IMG/VR virus record: IMGVR_UViG_3300036834_000189
Span: 32,001 to 96,000 of that record
DNA: 64,000 nt
Direction: 5' to 3' (one strand)
From: a virus
The notes below the pieces were generated by a model. It was not told where the DNA came from and made no database searches. It saw only the letters and a program-made list of their open reading frames with translations. This document shows positions 58,264 through 64,000 of this stretch, piece by piece. The translations under genes and the position numbers were made by a program. The first letter of the stretch is position 1; every line of letters starts with the position of its first letter.

Positions 58264-59025
58264 ATGCAGTCGGCACGCGACCGTTTTGCCCGTGCCCGCC
58301 GCGCCGAGGTGCGTTACGGCATCCAACTGCGCCAGATCGCGCGGCAGATCAATGCCTTTGTGCACGGGATCTTCCACCCGCAGGACCCGGCCACCGCGTC
58401 GTACCTCGAACGCACATTGCACGACTACGAGGACACGATCCGACCGTGGGCCGAATCAGTCGGTCGGCGCATGCTGGTCGATGTCAGCCAACGCGACTTC
58501 ACGGCGTGGCTTGAGCACGGCAAAGCGATTGGCAGAGCCTTACGGGGGATTGTCGAGACCGCGCCGATCGGCAATGAGTTCCGCCAGTTGCAGGACACCC
58601 AGGTCGACCTGATCACCAGCATTCCGCGCGACGCCGCTCAACGGGTGCACGACCTCAGTCTGGAGCATCTGCTCCAAGGTCGGCGGTGGGAAGAAGTCGC
58701 GCGCGACATTCTCGACCAGGGCGATGTCAGCCGGTCAAAAGCCAATCTGATCGCGCGGACCGAGACCTCGCGCGCCGCTGGCCAGTTCACGATGGTCCGT
58801 GCGATGCACATGGGCAGCGAGGGGTACATCTGGCGGACCGTGCGCGATGCCGATGTTCGGCTCGAACACCGCAAGCTGGAGGGCACGTTTCAGCGTTGGG
58901 ACAGCCCGCCGGTCGCCGGTTATGGGCGCGGGCACTCGGAGCAGCGGTATCATCCAGGGGGCGGGCCGAATTGCCGCTGTATGAGCGAGCCGGTAATGCC
59001 CGACGAGCCGCAAAAGGGCTATTAA
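58264..59025 (+). CDS. minor head protein (MuF / SPP1 gp7 family)
   Basis: LIARTET, YIWRT..D..VR..H..LEG and HPG...NCRC. Confidence 0.9.
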   Translation: MQSARDRFARARRAEVRYGIQLRQIARQINAFVHGIFHPQDPATASYLERTLHDYEDTIRPWAESVGRRMLVDVSQRDFTAWLEHGKAIGRALRGIVETAPIGNEFRQLQDTQVDLITSIPRDAAQRVHDLSLEHLLQGRRWEEVARDILDQGDVSRSKANLIARTETSRAAGQFTMVRAMHMGSEGYIWRTVRDADVRLEHRKLEGTFQRWDSPPVAGYGRGHSEQRYHPGGGPNCRCMSEPVMPDEPQKGY

Positions 59026-59043
59026 ATCAAGGCAGACTGAAAG

Positions 59044-59658
59044 ATGCCGACGACACCCGACAAACTCGCCCAAGCCTTGGCCGACCTGCAGCGCCGCCGT
59101 GTGCTGATCGGCATCCCCGCTGGCGAGCCGCGCGAAGGCGGGACGATCACCAATGCGGCGATCGGCTACATCAACGAATTCGGCTCGCCCGCCGCCAATA
59201 TCCCGGCGCGTCCGCATCTCGTCCCCGGGGTCCAAGCCGCATTGCCGGCGATCACCAAGTATCTTCAGGCTGCGGCGCGCGCCGCACTGACCGGGGCTGA
59301 CCCCAGTGTCGTCGACAGCTACTTCGAGCAAGCCGGGCAAAAGGGAGTCGACTCGGTCAAGGCGCTGATACGAGCCAAGCTCAAGCCGCAACTGGCCGAG
59401 TCGACTGTGAAGGCTAGGCGACTGCGTCGTCCCGATATTCATTATCGGGTTCGCATGCAGATTGTCGACGCAGTGGAAGCGGCGAAGGGGACGCCGCGCG
59501 GGTCGCCCGCCCGGCTGCTGCTCGCGCAATTGCGCGAGCGCTACAACCTGGGCAAGCAGGTTTATCTGCGCGCGGCGCAGACGCCGGAAGAGGCGACACC
59601 GTTGCTCGACACATCGAATTACATCAACTCTTTTACTGCGGTCGTCGTCAAGAAATAG
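59044..59658 (+). CDS. neck / tail-completion protein
   Basis: NAAIGYINEFGSP..NIPARP and PLLDT....NS. Confidence 0.7.
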   Translation: MPTTPDKLAQALADLQRRRVLIGIPAGEPREGGTITNAAIGYINEFGSPAANIPARPHLVPGVQAALPAITKYLQAAARAALTGADPSVVDSYFEQAGQKGVDSVKALIRAKLKPQLAESTVKARRLRRPDIHYRVRMQIVDAVEAAKGTPRGSPARLLLAQLRERYNLGKQVYLRAAQTPEEATPLLDTSNYINSFTAVVVKK

Positions 59659-59881
59659 CAAGCTTCGCTGGGGCACGTCGTTTCCTTGGCCGGCGTTCTC
59701 CGGACGAAGAGAGGAGGGGCCGTCGCCCCCTTGGGTTTAAACTGAGGATGAGGGTGACGGGCGGCGGCCTCTCTTTTCTAGGTTTGTTTGTGTGACACAC
59801 CTCGCTCCCTCTTTTCGGGTCTCTCTCGCCGCTCGGCAATGGTGTGTCGCACTTCTAATTTATACCACGGTTGAGATCAAA

Positions 59882-60295
59882 ATGCCGTTGCTCGATGTCT
59901 CCGAAGCCTTCGATGTGCTGTTCTGGGACGACATTACCGTGACCCGGCGGTCGACGACGATCTCGCAGTATGGGCGGGTAGCGACAATCAATACCCAGTT
60001 CACGATGCAGGCAGTGGTCACTGCCGCGTCGCCCGACGACCTCAGTCGCGTCCCGGATTACCAGCTGATGCACAAGACCATCTCGATCTACTCGATCACG
60101 CGGCTGCAGGGACCGGCAGACGACGGGTCGGGCAATCAGACGATGCCCGACCTCGTCCTGTGGCACGGCTCGACTTACGTGGTCCGGATGGTCGACGACT
60201 ACTCGGGCTATGGCCGTGGTTTTATCCACGCAGTCTGCGAAGGGGTTCAGGCAGTCGACCCGGCGCCGATGGCTGACCCGGTCGGCAGTGCCTGA
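59882..60295 (+). CDS. head-tail adaptor/closure protein
   Basis: MPLLDV...D.ITVTR...PDLVLWHG..Y.V..VDDYS.YG.GF; position in the neck module. Confidence 0.7.
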   Translation: MPLLDVSEAFDVLFWDDITVTRRSTTISQYGRVATINTQFTMQAVVTAASPDDLSRVPDYQLMHKTISIYSITRLQGPADDGSGNQTMPDLVLWHGSTYVVRMVDDYSGYGRGFIHAVCEGVQAVDPAPMADPVGSA

Positions 60296-60641
60296 GGCGT
60301 GGACATCATGCCGATCTCCGGGATCTTCTGGGTGCTGTTTGGGCTGTGGGTGGTGTTTGCGGTGCGGAACTATTGGTCGACAGCCGTAGGTCGCCAAACC
60401 GGCGCGAGCGGCTGGGGCGAGCGGCTGCTGCTGGCAGCCGCGCTATTGCTGCTCGGTCTGCGGGTGTTCGGGGTCGTCGAGTAATGGCTGATCCGGGGAA
60501 CCGTGCGGCTCATCGGCGTCATCGGCGGCCGAAGTCCAGCTCTCGCGAGTATCAGAACGCTTGGCGACGACGCGACTATGTGATGCGCCGCAAGCGTCTG
60601 GCCCAGCGCCTGCGGCGACTATGGCTGCGGCTTGGCAATCA

Positions 60642-60956
60642 GTGAAAGGGACGCGCAGTCAATTCCCCGGCACCTTCCGCAGCAGCCGCAATCGCTGGGG
60701 CATGAAGGTGTGGATCGACGGCGAGCTGCACTACCTCGGCACCTTGCCCGACCGCGCCGCGGCGGCCGACTACGTGCGCTTGGTCGAGAGCCGCTATCCG
60801 CAGCGCCTGCGCCGCCGCCGCGGCACCGTGTATCGGCAAAGAGGGCGCCGCAACTGGGTCGCCTTGGGGCCGCGCCCGCAGCGCCGCCGGCTGGGGAGCT
60901 TTGCAACCCGGTGGGCCGCCGAGCGCGCGCTCGCCGTCGATCGCTCAAGGAGCTGA
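60642..60956 (+). CDS. AP2-like DNA-binding domain protein
   Basis: Two W......G...YLG.F/L.....A AP2-like half-motifs. Confidence 0.45.
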   Translation: MKGTRSQFPGTFRSSRNRWGMKVWIDGELHYLGTLPDRAAAADYVRLVESRYPQRLRRRRGTVYRQRGRRNWVALGPRPQRRRLGSFATRWAAERALAVDRSRS

Positions 60957-61001
60957 CCAAATGCCGCTGTTGGATGTCGCCAGCCTGGACAGCCCGCCGC
61001 A

Positions 61002-61703
61002 ATGACGATCCCGAACCAGGCGCGTGACAGCAGCGAGCGCGGCTTTCTCCAGCCGGTCGCGCCGGTCCTGCCGCTCGACGACGATGCGCTGGAGGATTTC
61101 CTGCAGCAGTGGATGGCTGGGGTCGCCGGGGTGGACGGCACGATGGTGCGCCATCGTTGGCAACCGGAACCGCCGAATATCCCGGATTTTGGCACCGACT
61201 GGGTCGCCATCGGCATTACCCGCGTGGTCACCGAGACCTTCCCGTGGATCGGCGGCAACGACCCGCTGTACGACCAGATGCAGCGGCACCAGACGATCGA
61301 CGTGATGGCGAGCTTTTACGGTCCGCATTCCGCAAGCATTGCCGGGCGATTGCGCGACGGTCTGTTTGTGTCGCAGAACCGCGAGATCCTGCTGCTCAAC
61401 GAGATGGGGCTGGTCGAGGTCGGCGAGCAGCGGCGCGCCCCCGATTTGATCAAGAACCAGTGGGTCGACCGCGAGGATCTGACAGTCACGGTACGCCGCC
61501 GCATCGTGCGCCAGTACCCGGTGCGCAACATCATCGAGGCGCACGGCGTGGTGACGGCGCAGCCGCCGGGCGACGGCCTGTTGGTGTCGAGCACCTTCGA
61601 CGCGCGCCTGATGGCGGGTCGCATACGGATCGTGAGTTCGGCCGCCGGGGCATTGAGCACGGGGCCGGGCAAGGCCGATCTTGCGGGAGGAGAGGGGAGT
61701 TAA
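61002..61703 (+). CDS. tail terminator / neck protein
   Basis: VRHRWQPEPP, SFYGP and APDLIKNQWV.R.D; immediately before the sheath. Confidence 0.7.
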   Translation: MTIPNQARDSSERGFLQPVAPVLPLDDDALEDFLQQWMAGVAGVDGTMVRHRWQPEPPNIPDFGTDWVAIGITRVVTETFPWIGGNDPLYDQMQRHQTIDVMASFYGPHSASIAGRLRDGLFVSQNREILLLNEMGLVEVGEQRRAPDLIKNQWVDREDLTVTVRRRIVRQYPVRNIIEAHGVVTAQPPGDGLLVSSTFDARLMAGRIRIVSSAAGALSTGPGKADLAGGEGS

Positions 61704-61935
61704 ACCGATGCTGGTCATCCAAATCCTGTTCTGGGTTCTGCTGATCCTTTGTTTCGTCGTCGGGCCGCCGTGGGGGGCCTGGGGTCAAGCCGCGCCGGCT
61801 TGGTCGCCGCACGTCGTTTATCTGGTGTTGTTCATCTGTCTTGGTCTCGCCGTCTTCAGCGGCGGCGTTTTGATGCGCTGACCCTGTCGACCCGCTGACC
61901 ATCCACCCGTCGATATCCAATAGGAGGCTTTTGCC

Positions 61936-63432
61936 ATGGCGCTCGGCTTGCCGGTCTCCCGGCTGATCAATGTTACGGTAAACATCAACCCGGCGGCGAT
62001 CCCGTTTGCCAATTTCGACTCGCTGTTGGCGGTCGGCGACAGTCCGGTGATCGACACGCAGGAGCGTATCCGCGCCTACGGGTCGCTGGGGGAGGTGGCC
62101 GATGATTTCGGCACCGCCGCGCCTGAATATGCCGCGGCGAGCCTATTCTTCGGCCAAACTCCGCAGCCTGCCTCGCTGTTCATCGGGCGCTGGGCGCACA
62201 CCGCGACGAACGGTGAACTCTATTGCGGGCCGCTGACTGTCACCGAGCAGCAGATGGCCAACTGGACCAACATCACGAACGGCTCGTTCGAGATCTCGAT
62301 CGACGGCACGGCGCACGCGATCACCGCGCTGACTTTCTTGGGCACCAGCAATTTGAACGGGGTCGCGGCGGCGATCCAGACCGAGCTACACACGGCGGGG
62401 GCGACCACGGCCACGTGCATTTGGAACGGGTTGCAGTTTCAGTTTGGCTCGGGCACCACCGGGCCGGCTTCGACGGTCAGCTATCTGACCGCGGTCAGTC
62501 CGACCAGCGGTGTCGACATCAGCGCGCAGCTCAAAGGCACCGCGGCGCTGGCGCAGCGCAATGTCGCGGGCGCGCCCGCCGAGAGTGCGCTCGACGCGGT
62601 CATCGCGCTCGACGGCATCGGCACCTACTGGTACGGACTGACATTTGCGTCGCCGAATATCGTCGATGCCGATCGTGAGGCGATTGCCCAGTACATCGAA
62701 GGCGCCAACAACAAGCACGTCTTCGGGATCAACACCAACAATCCGGTGGCGCTGACCAATACCGACAACTCCAGCATCGGGTATGTGCTGAAGCAGGCCG
62801 GCTACCGTCGCAGCTTCTGCATGTACTCATCGACGAACCCTTATGCGGTGTCGGCGTTTTTTGGGCGCGCCTTCACAGTCGACTTCCTCGGCTCCAACAC
62901 CGCCATTACGATGATGTGGCAGGAGCTGGCCGGGATCACGCCGGAATATCTCGGGACCGCCCAGGCCGACGCGCTCGACACCAACAATTACAATTACCTT
63001 GCCGAGTTCAACAATCAGCGCGCCATCGTCATGAACGGCAAGATGTGCGCCGACTACTTCTTTGATGAAGTGTGGGGTTCCGACTGGCTGGCGGGTGGTA
63101 TCCAGACTGCGCTGTTCGATCTTCTGAGCACGATCCGCACCAAGGTGCCGCAGACCGATTCCGGCATCCACATGCTGACCAACATCTGCACGGCGACTTG
63201 TGCGCAGGCGGTGGTCAACGGCTATGTCGCGCCGGGGCAATGGAACGCCGCGGGGTTTGGGATACTGCAGACCGGCGAATACCTGGACAAGGGATTTTAC
63301 GTCTACGCGCCGCCAATGGCGACTCAGCCACAGCCCGACCGCGAGGCGCGCAAGAGCCCATTGATCCAGATCGCGGTCAAGCTGGCTGGCGCGATCCACA
63401 CGGTCGACGTGCTGATCAATGTGAACCGCTAA
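61936..63432 (+). CDS. tail sheath protein (DUF3383 family)
   Basis: LPVSRLINVTV, PEY.AA..FF.Q.PQP..L.IGRW, KVPQTD.G and KLAGAIH.VDV.INVNR. Confidence 0.9.
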   Translation: MALGLPVSRLINVTVNINPAAIPFANFDSLLAVGDSPVIDTQERIRAYGSLGEVADDFGTAAPEYAAASLFFGQTPQPASLFIGRWAHTATNGELYCGPLTVTEQQMANWTNITNGSFEISIDGTAHAITALTFLGTSNLNGVAAAIQTELHTAGATTATCIWNGLQFQFGSGTTGPASTVSYLTAVSPTSGVDISAQLKGTAALAQRNVAGAPAESALDAVIALDGIGTYWYGLTFASPNIVDADREAIAQYIEGANNKHVFGINTNNPVALTNTDNSSIGYVLKQAGYRRSFCMYSSTNPYAVSAFFGRAFTVDFLGSNTAITMMWQELAGITPEYLGTAQADALDTNNYNYLAEFNNQRAIVMNGKMCADYFFDEVWGSDWLAGGIQTALFDLLSTIRTKVPQTDSGIHMLTNICTATCAQAVVNGYVAPGQWNAAGFGILQTGEYLDKGFYVYAPPMATQPQPDREARKSPLIQIAVKLAGAIHTVDVLINVNR

Positions 63433-63447
63433 AGGAGGGCGGGGTAG

Positions 63448-63945
63448 ATGGCTACTTATTCGTTCACCGATGTTTCATGCACGATCAGTGGGCCGGCGGG
63501 GGCGGCTATTGTGTTGAACAATCTTGCGGCTGGCGCGACGACGCCGATGGGCTCCGGCTATGGGGCCGCGGAAGAGGGCATCACAGTCGAGATGACAGAA
63601 GACAAGGATACAATGACGTGGGGCGCCGACGGAAGTTTGATGCACTCATTGCACGCGGCGATTGCCGGTCGCATGACGGTGCGGCTGCTCAAGACTTCGC
63701 CAACCAATGCGCAATTGCAGACGATGTACACGGCGCAGCAGACCTCGGCGGCATTGTGGGGCAGCAACACGATCACCATCCAGGATCACGCGCGTGGTGA
63801 CAACATCACCGGCACGCAGATGGCTTTTATGAAGTTTCCCAATGTGGTGTACGCCAAAGACGGCAACATCATGGAATGGGTCTTTGGCGGGCGCGTGTCG
63901 CATGTCATTGGCGGCGGCATCGCAATTAACGCCACGAGCTTCTGA
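63448..63945 (+). CDS. tail tube protein (DUF3277-like)
   Basis: YSFTDV..TISGP...AEEGITV.M..DK.TMT.GADG..MHSLHA...LLKTSPTN; directly after the sheath. Confidence 0.85.
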   Translation: MATYSFTDVSCTISGPAGAAIVLNNLAAGATTPMGSGYGAAEEGITVEMTEDKDTMTWGADGSLMHSLHAAIAGRMTVRLLKTSPTNAQLQTMYTAQQTSAALWGSNTITIQDHARGDNITGTQMAFMKFPNVVYAKDGNIMEWVFGGRVSHVIGGGIAINATSF

Positions 63946-64000
63946 TGGCTGAGGTCGAGCTTGCGGAGCATACCTATCGGGTCGGGCGGCTGAACGCGAT

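Noticed and set aside
1-64000. Integrase, att site or prophage boundary
   Set aside because: No recombinase or host housekeeping block was recognised, so lifestyle cannot be determined from this window.

Overview
This 64 kb window is a segment of a GC-rich tailed phage genome, probably a myovirus. An alphaproteobacterial host is inferred from a SciP/DUF1153 homologue and a PEP-CTERM gene. The left half carries accessory genes (amidoligase, gamma-glutamylcyclotransferase, SLOG protein) and a replication/recombination module: primase, sigma-like protein, SbcD/Mre11-like nuclease, DNA methyltransferase, UDG-fused family A polymerase, clamp loader, gp32-like SSB, RecA-like recombinase, dCTP deaminase and resolvase. 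The right half carries packaging and morphogenesis genes: TerS, TerL, portal, DUF2213 protease/scaffold, decoration protein, major capsid, MuF, neck, sheath and tube. Two minus-strand islands of small, probably early genes interrupt this operon. The main finding is four dispersed non-coding dual-repeat arrays (about 36 units) built as GAGCGAGCCA-N8-GAG(n3-5)ACCA-N8 with a 36-37 nt period. They resemble TIGR guide-RNA arrays but have 8-nt spacers, and I recognise no Tas/Nop gene in the window. Other findings: (1) a seven-copy promoter plus covarying 5'-leader hairpin (loop AATCRA); (2) a portal protein fused to NUDIX, kinase-like and ADP-ribosyltransferase domains; (3) candidate capsid-internal proteins sharing a WxSPxFPxxDA leader; (4) a PEP-CTERM gene with intact sigma54/enhancer sites; (5) an atypical tRNA-Thr. 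All calls come from reading motifs by eye; no searches were run.
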